Below are positions 1 through 9,507 of a DNA stretch of 64,000 nucleotides, piece after piece. The DNA comes from Clostridia bacterium. GTDB lineage: Bacteria; Bacillota; Peptococcia; Peptococcales; BICA1-8. The position numbers were made by a program, and so were the translations under genes. The notes under the pieces were generated by a model. It was not told where the DNA came from and ran no database searches. It was given only the letters and a program-made list of their open reading frames with translations. The stretch spans positions 30,895-94,894 of the forward strand of contig JASKKI010000001.1 of assembly GCA_030154225.1 (NCBI GenBank). Reading direction: 5' to 3'. The first letter of the stretch is position 1, and each line of letters opens with the position of its first letter.

Positions 1-750
1 GTGGGTAAGTATTTTTCGGGCCTGACATACTTTAACCCTTCTTCGTTTGGTCTTTTTTGGCAAAAAATTATTAAACATTTCATTAAAATTTATACCCACT
101 TCATCCATACCTAAGTTAGAAAACATATCAACCATGGAGGCATTATTTTCTTCTACCTCTATTTCTACATATTCTTCTTCCAGTTCAAATCGACGCAGTT
201 TTTCTTTTATGATTGCCCGTTTTTCTTTTATAAATTTTTCCTCTTCTTTTTCATCATTTTCTAATTTTTCCTTATTACTTCCACTTTGACCAAAAAAAGC
301 TTCTAAAGGATTATAAACTTTAGCCTTCTTTTGGGGCAAAGGGGCAAGCAGATCTAAAAGTCGATCTTCTGCCAGTTCTGCAGCTTTTATCTTTACTTCC
401 TCCATTTTTTCCTGGTTAACCATTCTTACTGTTACTTCAACTAAATCCCTAACCATAGATTCTACATCTCTACCCACATAGCCAATTTCTGTGAATTTTG
501 TCGCTTCAACTTTTACAAAGGGAGCTTTAACTAATTTGGCTAGACGCCTCGCAATTTCAGTTTTCCCAACTCCGGTAGGACCGATCATAATAATATTTTT
601 GGGACTAATTTCTTCTTGTAATTCAGAAGATAGTTTACTACGCCTGTACCTGTTTCGTAATGCAATAGCAACACTTTTTTTGGCTTTAGTTTGTCCAATT
701 ATATATTTATCTAATTCTTGAACAATTTCTTGAGGTGTTAAATTTTCCAC
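1..750 (-). CDS. hslU: ATP-dependent protease ATPase subunit HslU (N-terminal ~250 codons; 3' end lies beyond the left window edge)
   Basis: Own minus-strand translation from GTG at 750: [91 protein letters not shown]. Walker A GPTGVGKT; AGGAGG upstream; directly follows hslV. Absent from the ORF track because there is no stop inside the window. Confidence 0.93.
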   Translation of the reverse strand, partial: MENLTPQEIVQELDKYIIGQTKAKKSVAIALRNRYRRSKLSSELQEEISPKNIIMIGPTGVGKTEIARRLAKLVKAPFVKVEATKFTEIGYVGRDVESMVRDLVEVTVRMVNQEKMEEVKIKAAELAEDRLLDLLAPLPQKKAKVYNPLEAFFGQSGSNKEKLENDEKEEEKFIKEKRAIIKEKLRRFELEEEYVEIEVEENNASMVDMFSNLGMDEVGINFNEMFNNFLPKKTKRRRVKVCQARKILTH

Positions 751-763
751 ACATTGACCTCCT

Positions 764-1297
764 TTACAATTCTTCTACGGTTATATTATGGTTGGTATAA
801 ACACAAATGGAAGCTGCAATTTCCAATGATTTTTGAACAATTTCCGTAGGACTAAGTTCTGTATTATCTTTTAAGGCCCTGGCTGCCGCTAGGGCAAAGG
901 ACCCTCCAGAACCAATAGCAACTACACCATCATCAGGTTCTATAACTTCACCATTACCTGATAAAACCAGTATTGCCTCCTTATCAGCAACAATAAGCAT
1001 TGCCTCTAATCTCCGTAAAACTTTATCAGAACGCCACTCTTTAGCCAATTCTACAGCAGCTTTTTTCAAATTGCCGTGATTTTCTTCAATTTTCCCTTCA
1101 AATTTTTCAAATAATGTAAAGGCATCTGCAACTGAACCTGCAAAACCTGCAACAACATTTCCATTATATAGTTTTCTAACTTTTTTTGCTTGATGTTTCA
1201 TAATTGTATTTTGTCCAAAAGTCACCTGCCCGTCTCCAGCCATAGCTACTTTTTTATCTTTTTTTACTGCCACAATGGTTGTAGCATGAAAAAACAT
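764..1297 (-). CDS. hslV: ATP-dependent protease peptidase subunit HslV (ClpQ)
   Basis: 177-aa [31 protein letters not shown].., proteasome-beta-like with N-terminal TT catalytic motif. Its stop lies in the hslU ribosome-binding region. Confidence 0.95.
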   Translation of the reverse strand: MFFHATTIVAVKKDKKVAMAGDGQVTFGQNTIMKHQAKKVRKLYNGNVVAGFAGSVADAFTLFEKFEGKIEENHGNLKKAAVELAKEWRSDKVLRRLEAMLIVADKEAILVLSGNGEVIEPDDGVVAIGSGGSFALAAARALKDNTELSPTEIVQKSLEIAASICVYTNHNITVEEL

Positions 1298-1309
1298 AAA
1301 ATTCCCCCT

Positions 1310-2191
1310 TTATGCCCGCGGATGAGTATTTTTATAGATTTTTTGAATTCTGGCTTTAGAAACATGAGTATAAATCTGAGTTGTTGATAAATTAACATGG
1401 CCTAAAAGTTCTTGCACTACCCGCAAATCAGCACCATTATCCAGTAAATGGGTAGCAAAGGTATGTCTAAAAACATGGGGACTTACTTTAAGACTTAAAG
1501 CAGCTTTTTTTACATATTTGTCAACTATATAGCGAATACCTCTGGTTGTTAACCTTTTACCCTGATGATTTAAGAATAAAACATTTTGAGAATTTCCTTT
1601 GTCAAGTAGCGAACGACTAGAAGATAAATAAGTTTCTAAAGCTTTAATTGCTTTGCTTCCTAATGGCACTATTCTTTCTTTACTTCCTTTCCCCATTACT
1701 TTCACGCACTGATATTCAGGATAAAGATCATTGATATTTAAAGAAACAAGTTCTGATACCCGTAATCCTGAACTATAAAAAAGTTCAAATATTGCTTTAT
1801 CTCTAATAGTTAATGGATCAGTCTCAATAAAAGTTTCTTCCAAAAATGATGTGATCTCCCTTTGATTTAGGACTACAGGAATCTTTTTTGATTTTTTAGG
1901 AGAACTAACCGACTTGGCCGGATTATTATTTAGATATTTACTTTTTTTTAAAAATTTAAAAAAAGATCTAATAGTAGTAAGTTTACGGGCTATTGTTGAC
2001 CTGGTCAATCCATTTGCTTGTAAATAGGCAAGATATTTCCTTATATCCAAATTAGTAATTTCTACTAATTTTTTTTGTTCTGCAAAGAACCCATAAAATT
2101 GCTGTAAATCCTTACGGTATGCTACTAAAGTATGGGGAGAGTATCCTTTTTCTATTGATAAATATTCTAAAAAATCATCTATGCTCACCAA
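1310..2191 (-). CDS. xerC: site-specific tyrosine recombinase XerC/CodV
   Basis: 293-aa ORF with a C-terminal tyrosine-recombinase catalytic region (..[39 protein letters not shown]). The order trmFO-xerC-hslVU equals B. subtilis gid-codV-clpQY. Start is TTG 2191 or GTG 2188. Confidence 0.9.
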   Translation of the reverse strand: MVSIDDFLEYLSIEKGYSPHTLVAYRKDLQQFYGFFAEQKKLVEITNLDIRKYLAYLQANGLTRSTIARKLTTIRSFFKFLKKSKYLNNNPAKSVSSPKKSKKIPVVLNQREITSFLEETFIETDPLTIRDKAIFELFYSSGLRVSELVSLNINDLYPEYQCVKVMGKGSKERIVPLGSKAIKALETYLSSSRSLLDKGNSQNVLFLNHQGKRLTTRGIRYIVDKYVKKAALSLKVSPHVFRHTFATHLLDNGADLRVVQELLGHVNLSTTQIYTHVSKARIQKIYKNTHPRA

Positions 2192-3500
2192 TTCCTCTCT
2201 CCTTTATAAACTCCTTTAAGCTCAGTAGTGCCCGTTGGGAAATTTGTTTGTTTTTTTCCCTCTTATTTTTTATTTTTTTATTTAAAGCCGGCAATAGACC
2301 AAAATTAATATTCATAGGTTGAAATGTTTTACTTTCTGCTTTTGTAATATACTTCATTAGACTACCTATAGCCGTACTTTGAGGAAAACGAATCAGATTT
2401 TTGCCTTGGATAAACCTCCCAGCATTTATGCCTGCTACTAAGCCACCGGTTGCCGATTCCACATAACCTTCCACACCGGTTATTTGCCCAGCAAAGAAAA
2501 TATGAGGTTTTTCTTTCAACTGTCCCGTTTCCTCTAAAACCTTGGGAGAGTTTATAAATGTATTCCGGTGCATAACTCCATAACGAACAAATTCTGCATT
2601 TTCTAACCCTGGTATAAGACTAAAAACTCTTTTTTGCTCACCCCATTTCAGACGAGTCTGGAATCCTACCATGTTTAATAAAGTGCCTTCTTTATTATCT
2701 TTACGCAATTGGACAACCGCATAAGGCTGTAGCTTTGTTTTAGGATCAATTAAACCTACAGGCTTTAACGGCCCGAATAGAAGTGTTTCTTTACCTCTAC
2801 TGGCCATTACTTCTACAGGCATACATCCTTCAAAAAATATTTGTTTTTCAAAAGTTTCTAAAGGATGTAATTGGGCATTTATTAATTGATAATAAAAATT
2901 CTCATACTCATCTTTCGTCATGGGGCAGTTTAAATAATCAGCATCACCTTTGTTATATCTTGATGCCCAGAAAGCTTTTTCATAATTAATAGATTCAGCA
3001 GTTACAATAGGAGCTGCAGCATCATAAAAATAAAAATAATCTTCCCCAGTTAGCTTTTTTATGATTTCTGCCATTTTTCCTTCAGTTAACGGCCCAGTTG
3101 CAATTACATATACTGTATCATTTTCTAGGTGAGTGACTTCTCTACGATACACATTTATTAACGGGTGATTACTCAATTTTTCCGTAAGACACCTGGCAAA
3201 TTCCTCTCTATCTACAGCTAGGGCCCCACCCGCGGGAATTTTATGCAAATCAGCACATTCCATAAAAATAGAATTACAAATCCTTAATTCTTCCTTTAAG
3301 AGTCCTACAGCATTTTCAAGACCTGCTCCTCTTAAAGAATTACTACAAACTAATTCACCAAAAAATTGTGTTTTATGAGCTGGAGTAGTTTTATATGGAC
3401 GCATTTCAAATAAATTTACATTTATACCCTGCTGTGCAATTTGCCAGGCTGCTTCACATCCTGCCAAACCTGCACCAACTACTGTAATACTCGGAACCAC
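2175..3500 (-). CDS. trmFO: methylenetetrahydrofolate--tRNA-(uracil54-C5)-methyltransferase TrmFO (Gid)
   Basis: 441-aa ORF with FAD-binding N-terminus [18 protein letters not shown], GidA-related. GTG start with GGGGGA RBS. Located between topA and xerC. Confidence 0.93.
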   Translation of the reverse strand: MVPSITVVGAGLAGCEAAWQIAQQGINVNLFEMRPYKTTPAHKTQFFGELVCSNSLRGAGLENAVGLLKEELRICNSIFMECADLHKIPAGGALAVDREEFARCLTEKLSNHPLINVYRREVTHLENDTVYVIATGPLTEGKMAEIIKKLTGEDYFYFYDAAAPIVTAESINYEKAFWASRYNKGDADYLNCPMTKDEYENFYYQLINAQLHPLETFEKQIFFEGCMPVEVMASRGKETLLFGPLKPVGLIDPKTKLQPYAVVQLRKDNKEGTLLNMVGFQTRLKWGEQKRVFSLIPGLENAEFVRYGVMHRNTFINSPKVLEETGQLKEKPHIFFAGQITGVEGYVESATGGLVAGINAGRFIQGKNLIRFPQSTAIGSLMKYITKAESKTFQPMNINFGLLPALNKKIKNKREKNKQISQRALLSLKEFIKERGIGEHR

Positions 3501-3503
3501 ATT

Positions 3504-5591
3504 TTATTCCCCCTTGTTAGCCTTTACTTCATAATGGCAATCTTTATTACTACAAACTTTTCTTTTACCTTTCCGGGTATTTTTCTCTAATAGAAAACTA
3601 TTACATTGGGGACATTGTTCATTTAAAGGTTTTTCCCAGCTTACAAAATCACACTCAGGATAACCATCACATCCATAAAAAGTTCTACCTTTTTTACTAC
3701 GCCGGATTACAATTTGACCTTCTTTACATTTGGGACAATTTACTCCCACTTCTTCCAATAAAGGTTTAGTGTTCCTACATTCAGGGAAACCGGGGCAAGC
3801 TAAAAATTTACCATATCTTCCAAATTTGACAACAAAATTACGTCCACACTTTTCGCAAGCCTCATCGGAAACTTCCTCTTGAACTTCAATTTTACCTATT
3901 TCTTGGTCAGCATGTCTTAATTCTTTTTCAAACCCGGTATAAAACTCTTTCAGTACATTCTTCCAATAGATATTTCCCTCTTCAATTTCGTCTAATTTAT
4001 TTTCCATGCTGGCAGTAAATTCAACATCAACAATATCGGGAAAATATTCTTTTAACAATTCAATAACAACAAACCCTAATTCTGTTGGAAAGAACTGTTT
4101 GTTTTCCCTGACTACATAGCCTCGAGATAAAATGGTATCAATTGTAGGAGCATAGGTACTGGGACGCCCTATTCCTTTTTCTTCCAGAGTTTTGACGAGA
4201 GTTGCTTCAGTATATCGGGCCGGAGGTTGGGTAAAGTGTTGTTTAGGTTCCAATTTGGCAAGACTTAAATCCTGTCCTTCATTAACGAGAGCTAAAGGTC
4301 CTTCTAATTCTTCTTCTTCATCTTTACCTTCAATATAGACCTCCATGAATCCCTTGAAGACAATAACCGAACCTGATGCACTAAATTGATAATTATCAGC
4401 ACCAATTAATACTGTTGTTTGTTCCAGAGTAGCCTGGGCCATTTGACTAGCCAGGAAACGTTCCCAGATCAGTTTATAAAGCTTATATTGATCTCTGGTC
4501 AAAAAGGATTTTAATCCATCAGGTTCTCTAATTATAGAGGTAGGTCGGATAGCCTCATGAGCATTTTGCGTATTACCTTTATTTTTGAAAATACGTGGTT
4601 TTTCTGGTAAATAATTTTTTCCGAATTTACCTAATACATATTTCCTAGCTTCTTCCTGGGCAACTTCCGATATCCGTGTTGAATCAGTTCTGATATAAGT
4701 TACCAAACCTACTGTGCCTTCATTACCAATATCTATACCTTCATATAACTGCTGGGCAATACGCATAGTTTTCTTGGCTGTAAAATTTAGCTTACGATAT
4801 GCTTCTTGCTGCAAACTGCTGGTTGTAAAAGGTGCTGCAGGATTACGGTGTTTTTTTTGCTTTTTCACTTGATTGACAAGAAACTTTTTACCTTTTAAGT
4901 CTTTTAAAATTTGGTCCATTTGTTCTTTATTTTTAATTTCAATTTTTTTGTCATCTTTTTTTATTAATTTAGCTTCAATAATTTTTTTACTGGGGAGTGT
5001 TAATTTTGCCAGTAATGACCAATATTCTTCCGGAATAAATTCTTTTATTTCTTCTTCCCGTTCACAAATTAACCTGACAGCTACTGATTGCACTCTACCT
5101 GCACTAAGACCTTTTTTAACTTTGCGCCATAATAATGGGCTTAAGTTATAACCTACTAACCGATCTAAAACCCTTCTAGCTTGTTGTGATTCCACCCGGG
5201 GAATATCTATTTTTCTGGGATGTCTTATAGCATCCTTAATAGCGTCTTTGGTAATTTCATTAAACTCTATCCGGCATTTTTCATTTTCATCAATTTTTAA
5301 ACTTTTCAATAAATGCCAAGCAATAGCCTCTCCTTCTCGATCGGGGTCAGGGGCTAATAATACTTTATTAGCTTTATTAGCTGCATTTCTTAATTCCTGT
5401 AATATTTCTCCTTTACCTCTAATGGTAATATATTTAACTTTAAAGTTGTCTTCCACATCTACACCAAACTGGCTTTTAGGTAAATCCCTTATATGCCCCA
5501 AGGAAGCTTTTACTTGATAATTCCTTCCTAAAAATTTTCCTATAGTTTTAGCTTTAGCAGGTGATTCCACAATTACTAAAGTTTTTTCCAA
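3504..5591 (-). CDS. topA: DNA topoisomerase I
   Basis: TOPRIM N-terminus LVIVESPAKAKTIGKFLG and a C-terminal series of CxxC zinc ribbons (CEKCGRNF..CPGFPEC, CPKCKEG, CPQCNS). I prefer TTG 5591 (GAGGTGG 5 nt upstream) to the track start at 5600. Confidence 0.95.
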   Translation of the reverse strand: MEKTLVIVESPAKAKTIGKFLGRNYQVKASLGHIRDLPKSQFGVDVEDNFKVKYITIRGKGEILQELRNAANKANKVLLAPDPDREGEAIAWHLLKSLKIDENEKCRIEFNEITKDAIKDAIRHPRKIDIPRVESQQARRVLDRLVGYNLSPLLWRKVKKGLSAGRVQSVAVRLICEREEEIKEFIPEEYWSLLAKLTLPSKKIIEAKLIKKDDKKIEIKNKEQMDQILKDLKGKKFLVNQVKKQKKHRNPAAPFTTSSLQQEAYRKLNFTAKKTMRIAQQLYEGIDIGNEGTVGLVTYIRTDSTRISEVAQEEARKYVLGKFGKNYLPEKPRIFKNKGNTQNAHEAIRPTSIIREPDGLKSFLTRDQYKLYKLIWERFLASQMAQATLEQTTVLIGADNYQFSASGSVIVFKGFMEVYIEGKDEEEELEGPLALVNEGQDLSLAKLEPKQHFTQPPARYTEATLVKTLEEKGIGRPSTYAPTIDTILSRGYVVRENKQFFPTELGFVVIELLKEYFPDIVDVEFTASMENKLDEIEEGNIYWKNVLKEFYTGFEKELRHADQEIGKIEVQEEVSDEACEKCGRNFVVKFGRYGKFLACPGFPECRNTKPLLEEVGVNCPKCKEGQIVIRRSKKGRTFYGCDGYPECDFVSWEKPLNEQCPQCNSFLLEKNTRKGKRKVCSNKDCHYEVKANKGE

Positions 5592-5601
5592 GATAACCAC
5601 C

Positions 5602-6693
5602 TCAATTTAAACTGATAAATTTTCTTCCTGCTACCTGTTTAACCAGACCTTTTATTTCTAAAACACTTAAGGTTGAAAGAACGGTTTTTATCGAAAGTTT
5701 AGTATTTATTAATATATCCTCAATAGATGAAGGATGAGTACCTAAATTTTTTAAAATTTGATATTCCGTATCAGTTAATTTTATCTCAATATTGGATTCT
5801 CTAGTTTTAAATAATGACAATTGCCCAAATTCCTCAAAAATATCATTCACATTATCAATTAGTTTTGCTCCATCTTTAATCAAACGATGGGAACCTTTAT
5901 ATAAAGGGGTATTAATAGGACCGGGAACAGCAAATATTTCTTTCCCTTGTTCCAATCCAAACTCAGTAGTAATTAAAGACCCGCTATTTTCCCGTGCTTC
6001 AATAACTACAATCCCGTCCGCTAAACCACTTATAATTCTATTTCTCATTGGAAAATGAAATCTTAAAGGTTGTGTACCTAATGGAAATTCAGAAATAACA
6101 GCACTATTTCCTGCATTAAGTATTTGGTTAAATAATCGTTTATTTTCCCTGGGATAGACTATATCTACTGAACTACCTAAAACTGCAATTGTTCCGCCAA
6201 TACCTTGTAAAGCTCCTTCATGACTACAAGCATCAATACCCCTAGCTAAACCACTTATTATTTGGACACCCTGGTTACTTAATTGGCAGGCCAAATCAAA
6301 AGCTACTTTTTTTCCATAAGGAGAAGCCTTACGAGCACCTACTATTGCTATGGCTAAGTTTTTTTCTTTTAAATGACCTTTTACATAAAGTAAGGGAGGA
6401 GGATCATAAATGTTTTTTAAGCGTTTAGGATATAAATTATCATAAATAGTAATTATTTCAACATTATGTTTAGCAATATTCATATATTCATCCCGAATGT
6501 TTATTCTTTCCCTTCCCAGCATCAATTCATTTGCCATTTCCTGGGAAATTTCAGGAAAATTTTTCTTAATCTCCCTAGGGGACATCTGCCAAAAATCATT
6601 ACCATTAATTTTCCCCAGTATTTTTGAGAGTATTTTATTACCTTTATATCCCCAAATTTTTTGCACTAATGACCAGTAGATTACATCTCTCAT
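5602..6693 (-). CDS. dprA: DNA processing/protecting protein DprA (Smf)
   Basis: 363-aa ORF with DprA core ..IVGARKASPYGKKVA..GLARGIDACSHEGAL..VVIEARENSGSLIT. Lies immediately upstream of topA, as in smf-topA operons. Confidence 0.9.
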   Translation of the reverse strand: MRDVIYWSLVQKIWGYKGNKILSKILGKINGNDFWQMSPREIKKNFPEISQEMANELMLGRERINIRDEYMNIAKHNVEIITIYDNLYPKRLKNIYDPPPLLYVKGHLKEKNLAIAIVGARKASPYGKKVAFDLACQLSNQGVQIISGLARGIDACSHEGALQGIGGTIAVLGSSVDIVYPRENKRLFNQILNAGNSAVISEFPLGTQPLRFHFPMRNRIISGLADGIVVIEARENSGSLITTEFGLEQGKEIFAVPGPINTPLYKGSHRLIKDGAKLIDNVNDIFEEFGQLSLFKTRESNIEIKLTDTEYQILKNLGTHPSSIEDILINTKLSIKTVLSTLSVLEIKGLVKQVAGRKFISLN

Positions 6694-6746
6694 AAACTAC
6701 TCCTTAATTAATAATTTTCTATCCTTCCCATTTTCTTTATGTTTAT

Positions 6747-7643
6747 TTATTTTTCCTGCTTATTCCAGCAAAGTGTTTTAACCAAAGGGGAAAAATCTTG
6801 ATAGGATTGATTCACAGGGTAAAAAATATCTCCCATTTTCCTTATTCTGGTTTTTATGTTGAAAATATTAAAGGTCCTAAAATCAACCCCCTCTTTAATT
6901 TCTGTCCACGTAAGGGGAGTTGAAACCAAGGCCCCGGGAACAGGACGAACACTATATACAGAAGCCATTGTTTTACCATAGCCGTTTTGCAAATAGTCTA
7001 GATATACTTTACCTTTCCTTTTGGCCTTATTGAGCTCAGTAGTAACTAATTTTGGATATTGAGCTACTAATAAATTACATAAATATTTTAATGTTTTTCT
7101 TATTACTTCAAAAGAATATTTAGGTTCTATGGGAACATAAATATGCAAACCTTCGGAACCTGATGTTTTAGGATAACAACTAATATTTACAGTACTTAAT
7201 ATTTCCTTAATAATTAAAGCAACTTTTAATGTATCTGCAAATTTTGCAGGAGGTTCTGGATCTAAATCAAAAACTATTATATCAGGATTTTCTAAATGGG
7301 GTAATTTTGCTAACCAATGATGCAGCTCTATACAACCAAGGTTTATCAACCAAATTAATGTATCGGCATCATTACATAAAATCATTTGTCGTTTTTCAAT
7401 ATTTACTGTACTAATCCACTTCGGTGCATGAGCAGGACATTGTTTTTGATAAAAAAATTTTCCCTGAATACCATCGGGATATCTTTTCATAACAAATGGC
7501 CTGTTGATTAAATGGGGTAAAATATATTCCGCTAATTCCAAATAAAATTCTATCAGATCTCCTTTATATATTTTTTCTTGAGGCCAAAAAACCTTATTAA
7601 TATTACTAATTTTTATTTTTTGTTTTGCAACATTTACCAACAT
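6747..7643 (-). CDS. stand-alone LigD-type polymerase/primase domain protein (NHEJ PolDom, AEP superfamily)
   Basis: 298-aa ORF: KISNINKVFWPQEKIYKGDLIEFY..INRPFVMKRYPDGI..FFYQKQCP..LINLGCIELHHW..IVFDLDP..SGSEGLHIYVPI. The D-x-D and SGxxGLH motifs match the polymerase domain of bacterial LigD. No ligase, phosphoesterase or Ku ORF is adjacent. Confidence 0.8.
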   Translation of the reverse strand: MLVNVAKQKIKISNINKVFWPQEKIYKGDLIEFYLELAEYILPHLINRPFVMKRYPDGIQGKFFYQKQCPAHAPKWISTVNIEKRQMILCNDADTLIWLINLGCIELHHWLAKLPHLENPDIIVFDLDPEPPAKFADTLKVALIIKEILSTVNISCYPKTSGSEGLHIYVPIEPKYSFEVIRKTLKYLCNLLVAQYPKLVTTELNKAKRKGKVYLDYLQNGYGKTMASVYSVRPVPGALVSTPLTWTEIKEGVDFRTFNIFNIKTRIRKMGDIFYPVNQSYQDFSPLVKTLCWNKQEK

Positions 7644-7707
7644 ATCTATACATTCCCTCTAAAAATACATTCTAACCTCATTATTACCAAAAGTATAGAA
7701 AAAGTTC

Positions 7708-7738
7708 AAAAAAAAAGAACCATAAATCATGGTTCTTT
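7708..7738 (-). terminator. rho-independent terminator of the 55-aa CxxC ORF
   Basis: Minus strand AAAGAACCAT-GATTT-ATGGTTCTTT followed by a run of T. The hairpin overlaps the ORF stop codon. Confidence 0.8.
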
Positions 7739-7894
7739 AATATCTTCCCCACATTCTATACAATATAATAAATTACTGGCATCTACATAGTCACAATCTT
7801 TACAATCATCTTTTTTCTCTACAACACCGTATTTTACATATTCTTGTTCAAACTTTTGGAGTTCTCTTTTGCATTTACTACACCTGTAAACCAA
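7727..7894 (-). CDS. unannotated 55-aa cysteine-rich (3 x CxxC) small protein, zinc-ribbon-like
   Basis: Own reading: TTG 7894 preceded by AAGGAGGG (6-nt spacer). Sequence MVYRCSKCKRELQKFEQEYVKYGVVEKKDDCKDCDYVDASNLLYCIECGEDIKEP. Has its own terminator. Below the 60-aa cut-off of the ORF track. Confidence 0.6.
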   Translation of the reverse strand: MVYRCSKCKRELQKFEQEYVKYGVVEKKDDCKDCDYVDASNLLYCIECGEDIKEP

Positions 7895-7939
7895 TAAAGA
7901 CCCTCCTTTTATTTACATTTGCTACTATCATTTTAAATG

Positions 7940-7973
7940 AAAAAAATAACACAAACAATAAGTTTGTGTTATT
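7940..7973 (-). terminator. rho-independent terminator after the MBL-fold hydrolase gene
   Basis: Minus strand AATAACACAAAC-TTATT-GTTTGTGTTATT (12-bp perfect stem) followed by TTTTTTC. It starts at the stop codon. Confidence 0.85.
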
Positions 7974-8656
7974 TAAATATTTATTTCTTCCTCAATTCCT
8001 AGTATTTCACACTTAAAGCCCACTTGGGAAACCTTTTCTTTGAAAATTTCAGGGTCTTGTTTTATTACATCAAAGGTATTATAATGCATGGGAACAACAA
8101 GTTGGGGATTAAGCATCTTAACCGCTTCAACGGCATCATCAATACCCATAACAAAATTATCTCCAATGGGTAGTAAGGCAGCATCTAGTTTATTCAACCG
8201 TCCAATTAATTCCATATCTCCAAATAAACCGGTATCACCAGCATGATAAACAGTTTTTTCGTCCATAGTAATAAGGAATCCACAGGGGTTACCGGCATAC
8301 TGGATAGAACTTCCTTCAATAACAGCCGAACCATGCCAAGCAGGTGTAAGTTTTACTTTACCAAATTCAAATTGGTGAGAGCCACCAATATGCATTGGAT
8401 GAACTTCAGCCCCTTTAGATTGACAATACATAGCTAACTCAAATGGTGCAATAATTAAAGCTCTGGTTCTTTTAGCTATAGATAAAGCATCCCCTAAATG
8501 GTCTCCATGGCCATGGGTTAATAGAATGGCATCTACATCCACTTGGTCTTCTTTTATTTTAGCTAATGGATTACCTGATAAAAAAGGGTCTATAAGAATT
8601 TTTTTTCCATCACTTTCCAGTGTAAAACAGGCATGGCCGTGAAATTTAATTTTCAT
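7973..8656 (-). CDS. metallo-beta-lactamase-fold hydrolase, UPF0173 (YtkL-like) family
   Basis: MKIKFHGHACFTLESDGKKILIDPFLSGNP..LLTHGHGDHLGD (HxHxDH metal motif). ATG 8656 (GGAGGT 7 nt upstream) is preferred to the track start at 8680. Confidence 0.85.
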   Translation of the reverse strand: MKIKFHGHACFTLESDGKKILIDPFLSGNPLAKIKEDQVDVDAILLTHGHGDHLGDALSIAKRTRALIIAPFELAMYCQSKGAEVHPMHIGGSHQFEFGKVKLTPAWHGSAVIEGSSIQYAGNPCGFLITMDEKTVYHAGDTGLFGDMELIGRLNKLDAALLPIGDNFVMGIDDAVEAVKMLNPQLVVPMHYNTFDVIKQDPEIFKEKVSQVGFKCEILGIEEEINI

Positions 8657-8680
8657 ATGTACTACCTCCTTTTTTATCAA

Positions 8681-8723
8681 TTCAACAAAAGCTCCTTTCC
8701 GAAGAAAGGTCGATTCTGTTGAA
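8681..8723 (-). other. long imperfect hairpin capped by a UUCG tetraloop in the 5' leader of the hydrolase gene
   Basis: Minus strand UUCAACA-GAAUCGA-CCUUUC-UUCG-GAAAGG-AGCUUU-UGUUGAA. It ends 13 nt before the RBS and has no U-run, so it is not a terminator. Confidence 0.4.
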
Positions 8724-8777
8724 ATATAATAACGAAAATTATGTTATAAACATCTGTTAAAACATAATCTCTTATTT

Positions 8778-8806
8778 ATTATAAAACAAGGAGAAATATT
8801 GGTCAA
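8778..8806 (-). promoter_or_regulatory. sigma-A-type promoter for the hydrolase gene
   Basis: Minus strand TTGACC - 17 nt - TATAAT. Predicts a leader of ~115 nt. Confidence 0.6.
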
Positions 8807-8813
8807 TATTTCC
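8783..8813 (-). terminator. probable terminator of the 66-aa ORF
   Basis: Minus strand GGAAATATTG-AC-CAATATTTC(T)CC followed by TTGTTTTAT, 16 nt after the stop. Overlaps the promoter above. Confidence 0.5.
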
Positions 8814-8829
8814 AAATATGTATGTGATT

Positions 8830-9030
8830 TTACTCAGACCTACCCTGGATCTCTTCTTCCAATGTTGCTTCCAGGGTCTCTTTCCATTCTTCAAAAATCC
8901 TTTGTTTTCTGTTCTTTTTCTCTTTTCTTATAAATTCCTCCAAAAAATAAAGTTGATTGCTTTCTAATTGCTTGATTTGCTCTTTAATTGCCTCAAGCTG
9001 TTCATCTTCATAAATTAACCTAATTAACAC
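8830..9030 (-). CDS. hypothetical 66-aa highly charged (coiled-coil-like) protein
   Basis: GTG start with AAAGGAGCGG RBS. Sequence (M)LIRLIYEDEQLEAIKEQIKQLESNQLYFLEEFIRKEKKNRKQRIFEEWKETLEATLEEEIQGRSE. No family recognised. Confidence 0.45.
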   Translation of the reverse strand: MLIRLIYEDEQLEAIKEQIKQLESNQLYFLEEFIRKEKKNRKQRIFEEWKETLEATLEEEIQGRSE

Positions 9031-9085
9031 AGCTTTCCGCTCCTTTTTGCCTAAATTTCTAAAAACTACTTAACTTCAATTCGGC

Positions 9086-9120
9086 AAAAAAGAAAAAAAG
9101 CCTTTATGTAATTTAAGGCT
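9086..9120 (-). terminator. orphan rho-independent terminator (inferred former comM terminator)
   Basis: Minus strand AGCCTT-AAATTACATA-AAGGCT followed by TTTTTTCTTTTTT. The only thing upstream of it now is the IS fragment. Confidence 0.7.
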
Positions 9121-9186
9121 GAGTTGTAAATAAATATGATTAATTACTAAAACCTGGAGAATATTTAATTTAGCAGCTACTTTTTT

Positions 9187-9195
9187 AGGTTAAAT
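9187..9195. repeat. 9-bp flank AGGTTAAAT abutting the IS end (inverted copy of a target-site duplication)
   Basis: Exact reverse complement of ATTTAACCT at 13062-13070, which abuts the other IS end. Confidence 0.7.
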
Positions 9196-9507
9196 CACTA
9201 GCGTTGCATAAAATATTTCCTCAAGAAGCAAAGGCTGAATTGAACTCGTTTAGTTTCATCTGCCATCACCTGTCTTACAGTTGCTAAGTAAATGCTCTCA
9301 TGATCTATGCGTCTTCGCCCTTTCGAACTTTGCTTGTGTTTATTATAAAGTTTTTGGACAAAAGCGGTGAATGGTTCTAAAAGCAAGTGTGAAATAACCT
9401 TTTAATGGTTAAAAGCGGTTCCTGATAGCCTGTTTTTAGCTTCAGCAGTATCAATAAACAGTACGTGGCAAGAGCTATCAGCAACTGATTTTCTACAGCC
9501 TTTGGGC
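9196..9507 (-). mobile_element. IS4-family-like insertion sequence fragment: terminal repeat plus frameshifted 3' end of the transposase gene
   Basis: Minus strand frames read PKAVENQLLIALATYCLLILLKLKTGYQEPLLTIKRLFHTCF, then a frameshift, then LLEPFTAFVQKLYNKHKQSSKGRRRIDHESIYLATVRQVMADETKRVQFSLCFLRKYFMQR*. The stop lies inside the terminus CACTAGCGTTGCATAAA (9196-9212). The hydrophobic AxxxxLLIALxxYxLL segment is typical of DDE IS4-type transposase C-termini (from memory). The fragment begins immediately after the larA-like stop. Confidence 0.7.
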
